A stretch of DNA of 32,000 bases, taken from positions 5,430,001 to 5,462,000 of the forward strand of contig NZ_CP074694.1 in the NCBI RefSeq assembly GCF_018398935.1. The letters are read 5' to 3'. This stretch comes from Telmatocola sphagniphila (GTDB lineage: Bacteria; Planctomycetota; Planctomycetia; Gemmatales; Gemmataceae). The position numbers and the translations under genes were made by a program. Under the pieces are notes generated by a model that had not been told where the DNA came from, ran no database searches, and worked only from the letters and a program-made list of their open reading frames with translations. Below are positions 31,609-32,000 of the stretch, in pieces (positions within the stretch are counted from its first letter, which is position 1; each line of letters begins with the position of its first letter).

Positions 31609-32000
31609 ATGAACTCGCTCATCGAACTTCAGCTTCGTAATGCCCTGGCGGCCAGCCTCCTGGCTGTGATTGTCTGGGGGGTCTGCCGGTTCGTCAAGCG
31701 ACCGGCGGTACAGCACACACTCTGGATGCTGGTGCTGTTGCGCTTATTCATGCCTCCGATCTGGGCGGTGGAACTGCCGCACTGGCCGACTCGCGAACCG
31801 GAGGTGTTGGCGAAAGTGAAACCGCCGGAAATTCCGGTGGAGAAGCCGGTTCAGAATACGGAACCCGATCCCAGGGATCTGATCGAACCGAACTTGGCCG
31901 CGAACACCAATATTCCCACGCTCCCGGAAACGGCCTTCGATCAACAAGAATCGATACTCCCCGACGTTACGGCTGCCACGTCGGTGCCCCAGGTGGCCGA
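31609..32000 (+). CDS. BlaR1/M56-family membrane sensor-peptidase, N-terminal part (3'-truncated by the window edge)
   Basis: My own translation from ATG 31609 is open to the window end: MNSLIELQLRNALAASLLAVIVWGVCRFVKRPAVQHTLWMLVLLRLFMPPIWAVELP... This is the typical N-terminal TM pair of BlaR1-like proteins and sits directly after blaI. The HExxH motif would lie beyond the window. Confidence 0.65.
   Translation, partial: MNSLIELQLRNALAASLLAVIVWGVCRFVKRPAVQHTLWMLVLLRLFMPPIWAVELPHWPTREPEVLAKVKPPEIPVEKPVQNTEPDPRDLIEPNLAANTNIPTLPETAFDQQESILPDVTAATSVPQVA

Noticed and set aside
1-32000. CRISPR arrays, tRNA/rRNA genes, long direct or inverted repeats flanking the AT-rich patches
   Set aside because: None was seen on reading the intergenic regions (1150-1272, 2278-2495, 4050-4114, 7401-7506, 8389-8464, 13379-13827, 17506-17804, 18987-19575, 24388-24451, 26944-27155, 28971-29538, 30874-31211). 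A manual scan cannot exclude short or diverged repeats.

Overview
The window looks like a chromosomal segment from a planctomycete-like bacterium. That placement is inference only, from an N-terminal 'ALEDRRVLSS' motif, 'DWPQWRGPNRDG' beta-propellers, a membrane-anchored ECF sigma fusion and a BlaI/BlaR1-like pair; no search was run. GC is about 55-60% in housekeeping genes, with several visibly AT-rich patches.

Gene content, left to right:
- 3' part of a group II intron (RT/maturase ORF plus domains V and VI)
- secreted SMP-30/gluconolactonase-like protein
- cysS
- RHH/PIN toxin-antitoxin pair
- ruvC, ruvA, a small RHH-like ORF, ruvB
- OxyR-like LysR regulator
- minus-strand block opening with a canonical SAM-I riboswitch, then a ThrC-like PLP enzyme, a CysO/MoaD-like carrier ending in GG, a 105-aa unknown, a ThiF/MoeB-like E1, a ParE-like TA pair and a class V cysteine desulfurase
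- minus-strand PepSY-like / OmpR-type regulator / histidine kinase / BASS-like transporter operon
- M50 site-2 protease
- 1079-aa ECF sigma factor fused through one TM helix to a large extracytoplasmic region
- beta-propeller proteins
- DEDDh exonuclease and AT-rich membrane-protein ORFs
- transglutaminase-like protein
- secreted FKBP fusion protein
- blaI/blaR1-like pair with tandem dyad operators

No rRNA, tRNA or CRISPR array was seen.

Most interesting:
1. The SAM-riboswitch-controlled ThrC-like / sulfur-carrier / E1 operon, a candidate protein-thiocarboxylate route to homocysteine.
2. The site-2 protease next to a membrane-tethered sigma factor that carries an in-frame AT-rich cassette.
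3. A BlaI-type operator dyad that recurs in front of the site-2 protease gene.
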